A DNA stretch of 64,000 bases from Flavobacteriales bacterium (GCA_023251075.1 JAHEZM010000011.1:23663-87662); one strand, 5' to 3'. Counted from the stretch's first letter, positions 1-11,271 are shown. The notes: generated by a model not told the origin, from the sequence alone. A program made the numbers and translations.

Positions 1-108
1 GGAGAAAAATTATTAATTAGCCCTTTAAAAAGAACTCCCGAAGGACTTCAAGAATATTGGATTCAATGGAAAAATAAAGAAGTGCAAAAAAACTGTTTTG
101 CGAAATAA
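1..108 (+). CDS. 3' end of a hypothetical protein (partial, runs off window start)
   Basis: Frame 1 is open from the window edge (GEKLLISPLKRTPEGLQEYWIQWKNKEVQKNCFAK) to a stop at 106-108. No recognizable family. Confidence 0.3.
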   Translation, partial: GEKLLISPLKRTPEGLQEYWIQWKNKEVQKNCFAK

Positions 109-146
109 ATGGAAGAAATCGCTTAGCGAAAAGAAAATAAATTTTC

Positions 147-887
147 TTATTTCAACTCTATTTCATAACAAGACTGCGATAATATTTCTACATCATTTTT
201 ATATACTGTAAGATCACCAACATTAGGTCCAACTGCACTATCTCCAACATTGTATTTATATATTCCCGAAATAAAATTGAAATCACGATAACCACCTGAA
301 CCACTGTAATCGTGTGTTCCGAATAGTATTAGATCAGGTTTATCGCTTAACTTTTTTCCTTTTGACCAACTAGCATATCTATATCCTTTTTTTGTTTGAT
401 CGATTCTAATGGTATAGCTTTCACTACTCCATAAAAGAACGGGGTTCTCAAATTCACGCAAACTTGGGTGCACTGACTGACGATCATGAAGCAATATTTT
501 TTTTGCCTTTTTAGTCGCTTTTTCAGTAAAATAGCAACCACCTTTAAACCAACCATCTTCATCTAACCAAATTTGTTCACTTTGTAACGAAATTCCTCGC
601 CATCCAAAATGACTCCAATCCTCCTTTGGATTGGAAGCAACAATGGCCCTCACATTATTTTGGTCGAAAAGTTCATTGAAACGCAAAACAAATTCTGCTG
701 AATCTTTAATAGAAGAGAGAGGATAGGGTCGTTCCAAAGGATATCTTGTTTTGGAAGCTAAAGCATGAGTATCATTTTTAACCAATAACGCTATGAAATT
801 AGTTACATATGCTGAATCTTTAGAATCTAGCTGAGCGAAAACATTACTTAAAGATAATGTGAGAAGTAATACAATTATATTTTTCAT
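147..887 (-). CDS. secreted hypothetical protein (N-terminal signal peptide)
   Basis: 246-aa ORF. Hydrophobic N-terminus MKNIIVLLLTLSLSNVFAQ is a typical Bacteroidota signal peptide. No family recognized. Confidence 0.55.
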   Translation of the reverse strand: MKNIIVLLLTLSLSNVFAQLDSKDSAYVTNFIALLVKNDTHALASKTRYPLERPYPLSSIKDSAEFVLRFNELFDQNNVRAIVASNPKEDWSHFGWRGISLQSEQIWLDEDGWFKGGCYFTEKATKKAKKILLHDRQSVHPSLREFENPVLLWSSESYTIRIDQTKKGYRYASWSKGKKLSDKPDLILFGTHDYSGSGGYRDFNFISGIYKYNVGDSAVGPNVGDLTVYKNDVEILSQSCYEIELK

Positions 888-1222
888 AGTTTAAGAGTTT
901 ATATTCTTTTATTATTCATTCCAAAAATTTATTTACCCGACCTGCATTCATACCCAATTAATGGTCGTTTTCAGTAAAACTTATTTCTGAATAAATTTAG
1001 CAAACTAACCTTTAGATATGGTGGCAAAATTATTATTCGTTGATTCTTACCTATTATTTGATAGAGGTTAACGGCTAATTAATCACTTTCTCGAAACAGT
1101 GGAGATAAGTGAATAAATATCACTTCATTATTTTTTTCATTTATTGTTTGAGTAAAACAACTTTCTCCTGTAACATATGCATTGCAAGGTGATCAAATGG
1201 CAATAACTATAAAACCAATTTT

Positions 1223-1681
1223 ATGAAAAATTCAATCTTATCATTACTATTAGGAATCACCGTATTACTTTCTTCGTGTTACACGGAAAAAAGCGCTACC
1301 AAAGATTTAAATGACACCACGTGGAAATGCACCAAAATGACTTTCACCGGAAATGACAATAAAAATTATGATGCTGAAGCTGCTGCGATGCTGAAGCAAG
1401 TCAGTTTAATTCTCCATTTTATTAAAGGAGGAACGGGATCTTCAAAAATGACTGACCTAAACTCTAATAATGTTGAGGAGGATCCATTTACCTGGAGTGT
1501 AAGTAAAGATGGTAAACAAGTTACTGTGGTAGATAATGCCGATAAAACTTCTAGTGCGCTGGATATTCATGAAGAAAAACGAGACATTAAAAATTTAACG
1601 CATACGGAAAAAGATATGATAATTAACGTTAATAATGTAGACGTTCACGGTACAGCAATTCTTACATACGAAAAACAATAA
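1223..1681 (+). CDS. hypothetical lipoprotein
   Basis: 152 aa. Signal peptide with lipobox-like LLSSC. A rho-independent terminator follows. Confidence 0.55.
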   Translation: MKNSILSLLLGITVLLSSCYTEKSATKDLNDTTWKCTKMTFTGNDNKNYDAEAAAMLKQVSLILHFIKGGTGSSKMTDLNSNNVEEDPFTWSVSKDGKQVTVVDNADKTSSALDIHEEKRDIKNLTHTEKDMIINVNNVDVHGTAILTYEKQ

Positions 1682-1693
1682 AAAATAATTTTC

Positions 1694-1732
1694 AAACAAA
1701 AGGTGGAATAATTCCACCTTTTGTTTTTTTTA
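1694..1732. terminator. bidirectional intrinsic terminator between convergent genes
   Basis: Hairpin ggtggaat/attccacc with an A-run on the 5' side and T8 on the 3' side (caaaaggtggaataattccaccttttgtttttttt). Confidence 0.6.
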
Positions 1733-1745
1733 GTTAAATCAAACT

Positions 1746-2339
1746 CTACAATCCCAACGCTTCTTTTATCAATTTCAAACTAGAAGTAGTATAAGAAATT
1801 TTTAAGGCTTCCTGATGCGCATTTTCCGACATTTTATTCCAGGTTTTTACAATAATATTTTTAAGCTTTTCTGTATCAGAGATGTGTTTCTGCACAAAGG
1901 GTTCTAAATAATATTCTAAAAACACCAAACAAACAGCATCCTCCAACACTTGAGTTTCCATATCTTTTTTGAGCGCTTTTTTTTCTATTAAAAAAGAAAC
2001 GCGGTTGATGAACTCGTTATCGTAGCCTGCTTTTTCTAAAATGGTTGCGGTAGTTTTCGCATGAAATTTTTTTAATTTTTCGCGCCATTGTAAATACCCA
2101 ACTCTATTCATGGGAAAAGATTCTCTCGGCACTTTCCAACGACAAATGTGTTGTGCTTTAGCAGCAATGATCAAAGCTTCAGAAGCAATGGCGTAAAATT
2201 TCAGAAGCCTATCATACAATCTATTGGAATACAATAATTCTTTAGGATAAGTCGTCCCTTGAAAAATTTCATGATTGGGATCTTTAGAATTCTCTTCGTC
2301 TATCCCTATAAGAGCTAAGTGAAATGGACTTGTTGTCAT
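1746..2339 (-). CDS. conserved hypothetical protein (possibly DUF4202-like)
   Basis: 197-aa ORF with no signal peptide. The DUF4202 assignment is from memory of that family and is weak. Confidence 0.45.
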   Translation of the reverse strand: MTTSPFHLALIGIDEENSKDPNHEIFQGTTYPKELLYSNRLYDRLLKFYAIASEALIIAAKAQHICRWKVPRESFPMNRVGYLQWREKLKKFHAKTTATILEKAGYDNEFINRVSFLIEKKALKKDMETQVLEDAVCLVFLEYYLEPFVQKHISDTEKLKNIIVKTWNKMSENAHQEALKISYTTSSLKLIKEALGL

Positions 2340-2528
2340 TTGAAAAGATTAAATGGGTAAGGGATAAATATAATAAAAATGAAATTCAGAAGTATTGATG
2401 CCCCGCATAGTTTTATCCATTAAAAGAAAAAACAATTATATGATTTGACTAATGCCAATTAACATTCTTTAAACTGCTGCCTAAAAATATATTTAATAGA
2501 TTCACCACCTAATTTTAAATTCAGGAAA

Positions 2529-3104
2529 ATGAAAATATTAAGCAAAATAATTAGCATTCTTTTATTGTTCACTTTAGTCAATAATGAAAGTAAAGCGCAA
2601 AGCAATAACAGAGAAATAGGTTTAAGATTTACAGCATTGAATTCCGCTAAAATAGTTTACAAAATAGGCATTACAGAAAACAAATACCGACGATTTACTT
2701 TTGGTGCTTTCAATGGAGCCTTATATCCACTGAGCAGTAATATAATGAATTCCTCTTTTGTGGGTTCTATGTCTTTTGGAATAGAAAAAAGAATAAGCAT
2801 TGCTGAGAAATTGAAATTTATTCATGGATTTGAACCGAATGTGATTTTAGGATACAATATAAATAACGGAAAATTCTCTCCCCAAGGAGGTCTCTCACTA
2901 GGTTATATCATAGGATTTCAATACGATTTTTCTGATTCATTTTATATGAATCTTGAAGTAGTTCCCAGCATAGGTGCAATAGCGTACAAGTCTTACTACA
3001 ACAACAACTATTCGTTTAATGCCAATGTAAGCAGCAGTCCGTTTGCCGTTAGTGCTGTTTACAAATTCAAGAAAAAAGATAAAGAAGCTAAGGAGAAAAT
3101 TTAA
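2529..3104 (+). CDS. secreted hypothetical protein, possible small outer-membrane beta-barrel
   Basis: Signal peptide ([24 protein letters not shown]). Alternating hydrophobic pattern and aromatic-rich C-terminal strands. Its stop overlaps the hemE stop by 4 nt (convergent). Confidence 0.45.
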   Translation: MKILSKIISILLLFTLVNNESKAQSNNREIGLRFTALNSAKIVYKIGITENKYRRFTFGAFNGALYPLSSNIMNSSFVGSMSFGIEKRISIAEKLKFIHGFEPNVILGYNINNGKFSPQGGLSLGYIIGFQYDFSDSFYMNLEVVPSIGAIAYKSYYNNNYSFNANVSSSPFAVSAVYKFKKKDKEAKEKI

Positions 3105-4123
3105 TACTCCTTCACTGCATCAATAAAACATCTCACTGCATCAGGGTTAGTATCGGGGTATAATCCGTGACCTAAGTTTGCAATATGACGAGAACCTTTA
3201 AATTGATCGAGCATTTGATGCGTTTGCTTTTTAATTTCAGCAAAAGTTCCATACAAAGCACAGGGATCTAAATTACCTTGCAATGTTTTGTTGGCACCAA
3301 TCAATTTACGCGATTCGGCAATGTCCATGTTCCAGTCTAAACCTATTGTATTGCAATTCAATTTACCCATTTCTTCGCGGGCAAAGAAAGCACCTTTTGC
3401 GAAAACAGTAACAGGAACTTCAGTAATAGCATCACAAATTTTAGAGATATACTTTAAAGAATATTCGCGGTATTGCGCTGGAGATAAAATTCCGGCCCAG
3501 CTATCAAAAATCTGCACCATATCTGCTCCGGCAGCAATTTGAGCTTTCAAATACAAGATGGTGGATTGCGTAATTTTTTCTAATAAGTTGTGCGACAAAA
3601 CAGCATCGGTGTACAACATTTTTTTTGCCTTCGAAAAAGTTTTGCTTCCACTGCCTTCAATCATATAAGAGAAGATAGTCCACGGCGCACCGGCAAATCC
3701 AATCACCGGCACTCTTCCATTCAATTCTTTTTTAGTGATTTTTATGGCATCAATAGTATAGGCTAATTTCTCGTAAGGATTGGGAATGATTAGCGCATCA
3801 ATATCTTTTTGGGTTTGAATGGTTTTTTCGAACCACGGACCTTTCTTCTCTAACATTTGGTATTCGAGTCCCATTGCTTCCGGAATCACCAAAATATCGG
3901 AGAAAATGATGGCTGCATCTACACCCAATAAATCAACAGGCTGAATGGTAACTTCGGCAGCACGTTCTGGTGTTTCAACCAATTCTTTAAAGCCCGATAG
4001 TTTCTCACGAACATCGCGATATTCCTTAAGAATACGACCTGCTTGTCGCATTAACCATACAGGAGTTCTATCTACAGCTTCGCCCTTTGCGGCTCTAAGT
4101 ATTAAATCATTTTGAAGTGTCAT
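3101..4123 (-). CDS. hemE: uroporphyrinogen decarboxylase
   Basis: N-terminus [30 protein letters not shown] is the canonical HemE/URO-D signature. Length 340 aa. Confidence 0.95.
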   Translation of the reverse strand: MTLQNDLILRAAKGEAVDRTPVWLMRQAGRILKEYRDVREKLSGFKELVETPERAAEVTIQPVDLLGVDAAIIFSDILVIPEAMGLEYQMLEKKGPWFEKTIQTQKDIDALIIPNPYEKLAYTIDAIKITKKELNGRVPVIGFAGAPWTIFSYMIEGSGSKTFSKAKKMLYTDAVLSHNLLEKITQSTILYLKAQIAAGADMVQIFDSWAGILSPAQYREYSLKYISKICDAITEVPVTVFAKGAFFAREEMGKLNCNTIGLDWNMDIAESRKLIGANKTLQGNLDPCALYGTFAEIKKQTHQMLDQFKGSRHIANLGHGLYPDTNPDAVRCFIDAVKEY

Positions 4124-4188
4124 GCATTTGAATTTAGCACGGCAAAAATGAAGAAATTAATTGAGGTCTTCGTCAGGATTGAGTAAAA

Positions 4189-4632
4189 TCACATTCTATC
4201 AAAGTAGATAGTAGCTTTTACATCGCAGGTATCGGTGTAACGGTACGACCAAACCATTTTGTTGTCTTCCATCTTGTCGATGGTTAATGATAAGGTGGTA
4301 TCAGAAGAAGAAGAACTTAAAATCAAGTTCTGGCAATCGCCAAATTTCCATTTGTTAAGCGGACTATCACTTTCCTGGATTCTCAAGCTCAGAGTTCCAT
4401 TTTTATTCACCACCATATAATCTTGTAATAAGATAGTTTGAGTGAAGGGTTTACCAGGACAGTTATGAGTAAGTTCAATGTACTGAACATTCCAATTTTC
4501 GAGAATAGTGCAATTGTTATACTCAACACAAGCGGAATTTTTATTGATTTTTTCACAAGGATCAACCTCGCCACATGCTGAAAGCACTGCTACTATTATT
4601 AATGACGAAAAGCTGTAATGTAAAAACCTCAT
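4189..4632 (-). CDS. Cys-rich hypothetical lipoprotein
   Basis: Signal peptide plus lipobox (AVLSAC). Eight cysteines in 147 aa. Confidence 0.5.
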   Translation of the reverse strand: MRFLHYSFSSLIIVAVLSACGEVDPCEKINKNSACVEYNNCTILENWNVQYIELTHNCPGKPFTQTILLQDYMVVNKNGTLSLRIQESDSPLNKWKFGDCQNLILSSSSSDTTLSLTIDKMEDNKMVWSYRYTDTCDVKATIYFDRM

Positions 4633-4734
4633 TAGTCCTGTTTAATGCGCCATGAAAATAGAAAAAAAAACGAAAGCTCGCCACATTAACTAAACTTAAT
4701 TAAAAAAAAACGATCTGTTAAACCCCCAAACATC

Positions 4735-5385
4735 TTATTTAGCCTGCACTATAACGCTATGAAAGCGCAGTTCCTCCCCTGTTACTTTTTTGGCCAGCGG
4801 ATCAGAATATACGGTATAATGCACATCTGAAAAGCCCCCTTTTCTAAGTAATTCCTCCAGTTCCAGCATAGAACGCAAAATGAAGTTATGTTGAGTAACC
4901 GAATGCAGTTGTTCCATATCTTCTTTGGTTCTCATACCAATGAACAACTCTCCACCCTCTTTAATTACTCGTCGCAATTCGCTCAAAACCTGTTCGGGTT
5001 TATCCCAAAAATAAACGGTGTTGATGGTAAAAACCTTATCGAAACTATTATCAGCGAAAGGCATTTTATGAATATCACCCAAAAACAACTGAGCTCCTTT
5101 TTTGATTTCATCGGCACATTTTACAGTAGCTTCTTTCACCATATCAGAAGAATAATCTAAACCGCTGTATTGGCATTGAGTCATTATTTCTTTGGAAGTA
5201 ACACCATTACCAAATCCTATCTCCAAAACATGATCGCTGATTTTTAAATTCAAATGCCTAATCATTTTGTGATAGGAATTGGCATTTCCTTTATTCATGA
5301 ATTCACCTATTTTTATTCCTTGCTCACCTTCTGGTTTACGCAAATTTTTGGCTAATTCTTTTGGATCGGAATTTTGTTGCGACAT
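4735..5385 (-). CDS. class I SAM-dependent methyltransferase
   Basis: Motif I LEIGFGNG and overall Methyltransf_11/25-like architecture. 216 aa. Confidence 0.85.
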   Translation of the reverse strand: MSQQNSDPKELAKNLRKPEGEQGIKIGEFMNKGNANSYHKMIRHLNLKISDHVLEIGFGNGVTSKEIMTQCQYSGLDYSSDMVKEATVKCADEIKKGAQLFLGDIHKMPFADNSFDKVFTINTVYFWDKPEQVLSELRRVIKEGGELFIGMRTKEDMEQLHSVTQHNFILRSMLELEELLRKGGFSDVHYTVYSDPLAKKVTGEELRFHSVIVQAK

Positions 5386-5396
5386 AAAATTATAAT

Positions 5397-6212
5397 TTAA
5401 GCATCGTACTCATCTGGCTGGCGTACAACTTTGATATCTCTCAGTTTTTTTATTTTATTAACTACATGCTCATGACTGAATACATTAGGTTCAGCACTTA
5501 AAACACTTACTCGTGTTTGATCAGTAAAAACAAGCATTACATAGCTTTCCCCACTTCCTCTTGCTGGCAAAACATTCACTATATTAAGCGATTCAATATC
5601 GGCTAAATTAGCTACAATAGAATTTTCCCCGCTTTCAAAACCAATTAAAAAATTTAAAGAATCAATCCATATCATTGTTGTATTCATCCTTCCTGTAGAA
5701 TAGATTCCGGGAAAACTGAAAAGTTGAGGCCATTCTGTTGCGAACAAATTAACAAGACTGCTCTTGGAAATAATACAAAATTCATCTTTCATAGTAGATA
5801 AATCGACTTTCTTGCTATTAAGAAAATGTTGTTTGTTCAATATCTTTTGATAAAGTAAAGTTGACGTTTCAATTTTTGATTTTATAGCCAATTGCTTATA
5901 ATCTATCTCAACCAAATCGGAAAGCAAAGCACTTTTCAAAACACTTAAAGTGGTGGTTGAAGCATCCCAATTACTCTCTGCACAATATTCTATAAAAAAC
6001 CCATTAACCACCGAATAAAAAGTAAAGAAAATATGCTCCTGTGCTGAAGACATATAGGGATCACGCAACATCATTACTGCTCCATCTTCATTAAACACAT
6101 AATATGGATGTTGAAATTCTTCGTTGATATAACCCGCAAACTCTCCTTCGAATTGTTTTTGCAATTCTCCTTTAATCAAATAATTATTGGTGTCGATTTT
6201 CCAAGCTTGCAT
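5397..6212 (-). CDS. hypothetical protein (N-terminus resembles that of ORF 7143..7925)
   Basis: 271 aa. Starts MQAWK with a YYVF segment, compared with MRAWT and FYLF in the upstream neighbour. Sits 11 nt from the methyltransferase gene. Confidence 0.55.
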   Translation of the reverse strand: MQAWKIDTNNYLIKGELQKQFEGEFAGYINEEFQHPYYVFNEDGAVMMLRDPYMSSAQEHIFFTFYSVVNGFFIEYCAESNWDASTTTLSVLKSALLSDLVEIDYKQLAIKSKIETSTLLYQKILNKQHFLNSKKVDLSTMKDEFCIISKSSLVNLFATEWPQLFSFPGIYSTGRMNTTMIWIDSLNFLIGFESGENSIVANLADIESLNIVNVLPARGSGESYVMLVFTDQTRVSVLSAEPNVFSHEHVVNKIKKLRDIKVVRQPDEYDA

Positions 6213-6269
6213 ATTATTTCTTTTTTTTAACTAATTCACTTTTGCAGGAATTTAGTTTCCATAATTTAT

Positions 6270-7130
6270 TTAGAACCGTTTTAAAATACTTTCCACGCTC
6301 TGCCAATAACCTTGTCCAATTAAATTAGCATGAACCAACAAAGGGTATAAATTACAAATATCTATGCGTTCTTCCCACCCTTTTTGTAAAGGAAAATGTT
6401 CATTATAACTTTGGTAAAAATCTTCATTGCATCTGCCGAACATAGTGGTCATTGCAATATCCATTTCACGATGACCGTAATACACCGCGGGATCAATCAA
6501 CACCGGCTCACTTACTGAACTCGCCATGTAATTACCATTCCACAAATCACCATGCAATAACGAAGGAGCTTCAACAGGAAAAATATTATCGATTTGTTTG
6601 TACAACGATTCGAATTTTTTGCAGATGACTGAAGGATAACCCTTTTTATTTATTGCCATTTGCAACATAGGTTCAAGTCGATAGGAAATAAAAAATTCCG
6701 ACCAGCTATTTTTCCATGTATTAATTTGCGGTAAAGAACCAATGTAATTATCCTCATCCCACCCGAATTGAGAAACACTTTCTTTGTGCAAAGCAGCTAC
6801 TGAAGAACCTAATTTTTGCCAAAAAAAAGCTGGTCTTCTTCCATAATCTATCCAATTTAACAGCAAAAAAGAATGCTCCTCTGTTTTGTCTTGGTAAATT
6901 ACATCAGGAATCTGAACAACATTTTTACTTCTCAAAAAATTCAAGGCTTTCACTTCTTTTTCAAACATTTGAGGATAACGTGAAGCTGAATTCATTTTCA
7001 AAAAAAACCTACCTCCAGTGGTATCCAAACATAAAGTATGATTAACCGATCCGCCACCTGCAGGAACATATGCATTTATTTTTACCGATAAATGATTTTC
7101 TATTTTATGCAGTATACTTTGATGAATCAT
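6270..7130 (-). CDS. fructosamine/ketosamine-3-kinase family protein (protein-kinase-like fold)
   Basis: HGDLWNGN catalytic-loop motif, an N-terminal GGGSVN glycine loop and a ~286-aa length typical of the FN3K family (PF03881). Confidence 0.85.
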   Translation of the reverse strand: MIHQSILHKIENHLSVKINAYVPAGGGSVNHTLCLDTTGGRFFLKMNSASRYPQMFEKEVKALNFLRSKNVVQIPDVIYQDKTEEHSFLLLNWIDYGRRPAFFWQKLGSSVAALHKESVSQFGWDEDNYIGSLPQINTWKNSWSEFFISYRLEPMLQMAINKKGYPSVICKKFESLYKQIDNIFPVEAPSLLHGDLWNGNYMASSVSEPVLIDPAVYYGHREMDIAMTTMFGRCNEDFYQSYNEHFPLQKGWEERIDICNLYPLLVHANLIGQGYWQSVESILKRF

Positions 7131-7142
7131 ATTAGTAACAAA

Positions 7143-7925
7143 TCAATCTCCATAATAATAAACTCCACAGGTGTAATTGTCCATGTTGATTTCAAACGAT
7201 TTTAGCTTCGACCCTAAAAATTCATTTAAAGTCTCTTCAATTTCTTTAACCCTTTTTGTTTCACCGTAGAAAGCGGGCGATTTCCATAGTATCTCTCCTG
7301 TTTCATTGTTTTTAATCACACTCATTAAAGGTACTTTGCTTGCCTCTTCTCCTTCTACATCCCATAATAAATGAATGTTTTTGTGAGGAAGTAATTTTTT
7401 AATTAATTCAGATAAATTATGTTTGTTCACTTTCTGCTCCTGAGCTATCGTCTTACCTTTTTCTATTTCTTTATTTACAAAACCATTCCATACTTTGCTT
7501 TCAGCCTTGGTATGTGATTTCAGAAGCTTTAATCTTTCCTTATCAGAAACAGGAATTTTACTATCCCGCTTTAAAGCCTTGATGACATTGGCAACAGCAT
7601 TTTCTATTTTCTGATTAATGGAAAGTGAGTACAAGTGTATTTCCTGCAAGTTATTTTTGGCAATGGAGCTTGTGCGATGCAAATCTTTTTTAATGAAAGC
7701 TGAAATAAGGCTATTGTTTTCGATGTAATAAATATGAAGATATTCCACTCCTCCATCCTTTACTAATTCGGGTAGGTAATTGTCGAGTAAGCCCCCATAC
7801 TTACTAAACAGATAAAAGGGAATATCACAATCATCACTTAATTCGGGATTAAAATCTTTTGCCAAAGAATATTCTGTTTTACCCTGAACTATAATTTGCC
7901 CCTCATTATTTGTCCATGCTCTCAT
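7143..7925 (-). CDS. hypothetical protein
   Basis: 260 aa. Start ATG overlaps the stop of the upstream ORF (ATGA), suggesting translational coupling. No known family. Confidence 0.55.
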   Translation of the reverse strand: MRAWTNNEGQIIVQGKTEYSLAKDFNPELSDDCDIPFYLFSKYGGLLDNYLPELVKDGGVEYLHIYYIENNSLISAFIKKDLHRTSSIAKNNLQEIHLYSLSINQKIENAVANVIKALKRDSKIPVSDKERLKLLKSHTKAESKVWNGFVNKEIEKGKTIAQEQKVNKHNLSELIKKLLPHKNIHLLWDVEGEEASKVPLMSVIKNNETGEILWKSPAFYGETKRVKEIEETLNEFLGSKLKSFEINMDNYTCGVYYYGD

Positions 7926-8362
7926 ATATTTTTCTTTTTTCGAGAAGTTTTTTTCTTTTCAATAATTCGACCTTCAGGGTAATTCAAGGATGTTAGAATG
8001 GGCTGACCATATTTAGTAGAAATTGACATTGATCTTCTTTCTCTTATTTCTTCTCGGCCACTGGGCCAAAGAATTTTTATTTTATCTCCGTTTTCATAAT
8101 ATTCCACGGAAACAGGAAGAGGATAATCTCTTTCTTCTCCTTCGGCATCCAAAGTAATTACCCATGATTCATTTTCATTAATCTTCACTTCCTGCACACC
8201 ACTTTTTGAACTACCGCTACTATCGGAGCTTTCCGAACCTCCAAAAATATAAAGTTCATCGCGGGTTTCATTCACCATCACATGAAAAGAAAAAGAAGTA
8301 TAGCTGTACATGTACGAATCATCATCGTGGGTATCTGTTTCAATTGAATATTTAGAACTCAT
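7922..8362 (-). CDS. hypothetical acidic/Ser-rich protein, first gene of the operon
   Basis: 146 aa. A 4-nt overlap with the downstream ORF supports a real gene. Transcribed divergently from pgi. Confidence 0.5.
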   Translation of the reverse strand: MSSKYSIETDTHDDDSYMYSYTSFSFHVMVNETRDELYIFGGSESSDSSGSSKSGVQEVKINENESWVITLDAEGEERDYPLPVSVEYYENGDKIKILWPSGREEIRERRSMSISTKYGQPILTSLNYPEGRIIEKKKTSRKKKNI

Positions 8363-8500
8363 ATTTGATGTATTTTAATTTTGCTAAAAGGATACGAACT
8401 TATCATTCAAAAGTTATAGGGCGTAAAAAACTAAAATAAAAAATGATAATATTGTAAGCGAGGGAGATAATTGCAGGCCATTATTTTTAAAAATACCATT

Positions 8501-10141
8501 ATGACTAAACGTACTGAACTTCCAGCTTGGCAAAAATTACAAAAACACTATGCTGGTGTTAAAGAAAACCATTTACGCGATTATTTCGCTACCGATCCTC
8601 ACCGTTTTGAACGCTTCTCCCTGCAATTCAAAAATATTTTAGTAGATTATTCTAAAAACAGAATTACAGAAGAGACTTTTAATTTATTGATACAATTGGC
8701 ACAAGAATGCGGATTGAAAGAGAGTATCAACGCCATGTTCTCTGGTGAAAAAATAAACAACACCGAAAAAAGAGCGGTGTTGCATACTGCCTTAAGAAAC
8801 AGATCGAATAAACCCGTTTTTGTAGATGGTGAAAACGTAATGCCTGGTATCAATGCCGTATTAGAAAAGATGAAAGGCTTTTGCGAAAAAGTTCGTTCAG
8901 GTGTATGGAAAGGCTACACCGGAAAAGCAGTTACCGATGTTGTAAACATTGGTATTGGCGGATCAGATTTAGGGCCATACATGGTTACCGAAGCCTTAAA
9001 ACCCTACGCACAAAAAGGATTGAATATTCACTTTGTTTCTAACGTGGATGGAACACACATTGCCGAAACATTGAAAAAAATAAATGCAGAAACTACTTTA
9101 TTTATTGTTGCATCTAAAACTTTCACTACTCAGGAAACTCTTACCAATGCTGAAACAGCAAAAAGATGGTTTTTAGAGTCGGCAAAAGATGAAGCAGCAG
9201 TTGCCAAACATTTTGTAGCTCTTTCTACCAACGCAAAAGCAGTAAGTGCTTTTGGTATCGACACCAACAACATGTTTGAGTTTTGGGATTGGGTGGGTGG
9301 AAGATATTCTTTGTGTTCGGCCATTGGATTACCTATTGCGGTGTACATAGGTTTCGATAACTTTGAACTCTTGCTGCAAGGCGCGCACGATATGGATGAA
9401 CATTTCCGTACTGCCGATTTCGAAAAAAATATTCCGGTTATTTTAGCCCTGTTGGGGGTGTGGTACAATAATTTTTTTGGTGCCGATTCTCATGCTATTT
9501 TACCTTATGATCAATACATGCATCGCTTTGCGGCCTATTTCCAACAAGGTGACATGGAGAGCAATGGAAAGGGAGTAACGAAAGATGGAACGAGTGTAGA
9601 TTATTCAACCGGACCTATTATTTGGGGCGAACCAGGCACTAACGGACAGCATGCTTTTTACCAACTCATCCATCAGGGAACTAAATTAATTCCTTGCGAT
9701 TTCTTGGCTCCGGTACAAACACAAAATCCGATTGGCGATCACCACGAAAAATTACTCGCTAACTTCTTCGCACAAACAGAAGCCTTGATGAAAGGAAAAA
9801 CTGCTATTGAAGCACAATCGGAATTAATAGCAGCAAAATTACCCGACGAAGAAATAGAAAAATTAACTCCACATAAAGTATTCAGTGGAAACCGGCCAAC
9901 GAATTCTATCTTCTTTAAAAAATTAACTCCGGCAACTTTAGGAAGTTTATTAGCTATGTACGAACACAAAATTTATGTACAAAGTGTTATTTGGGATGTA
10001 AATGCTTTTGATCAATGGGGCGTGGAATTAGGAAAACAATTGGCCAACAAAATTTTACCCGAATTGAAATCAAAAGATAAAATTACCAGTCATGATAGCA
10101 GTACCAATGGCTTGATTAATTATTACAAGAACAATATTTGA
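8501..10141 (+). CDS. pgi: glucose-6-phosphate isomerase
   Basis: [20 protein letters not shown] and the internal [10 protein letters not shown] and GGRYSL motifs. Start chosen at the internal Met that matches the conserved Pgi N-terminus (ORF track begins 30 nt earlier). Confidence 0.95.
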   Translation: MTKRTELPAWQKLQKHYAGVKENHLRDYFATDPHRFERFSLQFKNILVDYSKNRITEETFNLLIQLAQECGLKESINAMFSGEKINNTEKRAVLHTALRNRSNKPVFVDGENVMPGINAVLEKMKGFCEKVRSGVWKGYTGKAVTDVVNIGIGGSDLGPYMVTEALKPYAQKGLNIHFVSNVDGTHIAETLKKINAETTLFIVASKTFTTQETLTNAETAKRWFLESAKDEAAVAKHFVALSTNAKAVSAFGIDTNNMFEFWDWVGGRYSLCSAIGLPIAVYIGFDNFELLLQGAHDMDEHFRTADFEKNIPVILALLGVWYNNFFGADSHAILPYDQYMHRFAAYFQQGDMESNGKGVTKDGTSVDYSTGPIIWGEPGTNGQHAFYQLIHQGTKLIPCDFLAPVQTQNPIGDHHEKLLANFFAQTEALMKGKTAIEAQSELIAAKLPDEEIEKLTPHKVFSGNRPTNSIFFKKLTPATLGSLLAMYEHKIYVQSVIWDVNAFDQWGVELGKQLANKILPELKSKDKITSHDSSTNGLINYYKNNI

Positions 10142-10153
10142 TTTCCATTCAAA

Positions 10154-10549
10154 ATGAAGCGCAACATTAAACCACACTATTTGTTCCTGATACTAGTAGC
10201 GATTTTTGTTACACTTTCATTTTTATGCAGCAATGATGCATTAGACATCAATATTCAGGACACTTATTTTGTAGTGGGCTATTATCAAATGCTTCTGCTC
10301 ATCGCATTTTACTTTGCTATTATTTCTGGTATTTATGGGTTGATTGAAAAAAGAAAAACAACATCCATACAATTAGTCAGAATACATTGGGTACTTTCTT
10401 CCATCACTACATTAGTACCTGTATCACTTTTATTCGATAAAAATAACTTCAGCCTCTTCAATTATTTTCTTCCCCATTGCGGAATTTTTCATTTAATTGG
10501 AATATTAACTTTTATTTTCAATATCATTTACACCTTAATTAAAAAATGA
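10154..10549 (+). CDS. hypothetical integral membrane protein
   Basis: 131 aa with 3-4 predicted TM helices. Overlaps the downstream glycosyltransferase gene by 4 nt. Confidence 0.5.
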   Translation: MKRNIKPHYLFLILVAIFVTLSFLCSNDALDINIQDTYFVVGYYQMLLLIAFYFAIISGIYGLIEKRKTTSIQLVRIHWVLSSITTLVPVSLLFDKNNFSLFNYFLPHCGIFHLIGILTFIFNIIYTLIKK

Positions 10550-11271
10550 CTATCACCACTTTATCCATTATTATTCCCTTGTACAATGAAGAGAAATTCA
10601 TTGTTGCTCTTTTGGATAAAATACAAAGTGTGCAGTTGATAGGTGATGTAAAAAAAGAAGTGATTATTGTGAACGATTGCTCTACAGACAAGAGTAATCA
10701 AATCGTAAAAAAATATATTGCAGAAAACTCTTCGCTGAATATTCAATATCACGTTCACGAAAAAAATCAAGGAAAAGGAGCTGCCTTGCAAACTGGAATT
10801 GGCAAGGCTTCCGGAGAAGTGATAATGATACAAGATGCCGATTTAGAATACGATCCGGAGGAGTACAATGATTTACTAAAACCTATTTTGAACGGATACG
10901 CAGATGTAGTTTATGGTTCGCGATTCATTGGAAGAAATCCACATCGTATTTTATTTTTCTTTCATTCTATTGGAAATAAATTTCTCACTTTTCTTTCCAA
11001 CTTTTTTACAAATTTGAATTTGAGCGACATGGAAACATGTTATAAAATGTTTCGCAGCGATACGCTAAAAAAAATCACATTAAAAGAAAAACGCTTTGGC
11101 TTCGACCCTGAAGCAACCGCAAAAGTGAGTAGAATTCCCAACATTAGAATTTATGAAGTAGGGGTTTCTTACTATGGAAGAACCTACGAAGACGGAAAAA
11201 AAATTGGCTGGAAAGATGGCTTTAGAGTTTTGTATTGCATTTTGAAATACAATATTTTTAGCAGAAAATAA
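10546..11271 (+). CDS. family 2 glycosyltransferase (DPM1-like)
   Basis: LSIIIPLYNEE and DxD (QDADLEYD) motifs of GT2/GT-A fold. Confidence 0.85.
   Translation: MTITTLSIIIPLYNEEKFIVALLDKIQSVQLIGDVKKEVIIVNDCSTDKSNQIVKKYIAENSSLNIQYHVHEKNQGKGAALQTGIGKASGEVIMIQDADLEYDPEEYNDLLKPILNGYADVVYGSRFIGRNPHRILFFFHSIGNKFLTFLSNFFTNLNLSDMETCYKMFRSDTLKKITLKEKRFGFDPEATAKVSRIPNIRIYEVGVSYYGRTYEDGKKIGWKDGFRVLYCILKYNIFSRK

Noticed and set aside
8471-8500. pgi start 30 nt upstream ([10 protein letters not shown]...)
   Set aside because: The conserved Pgi N-terminus (TELPAWQKL) begins right after the internal Met at 8501. The upstream codons have no counterpart in orthologs as recalled.
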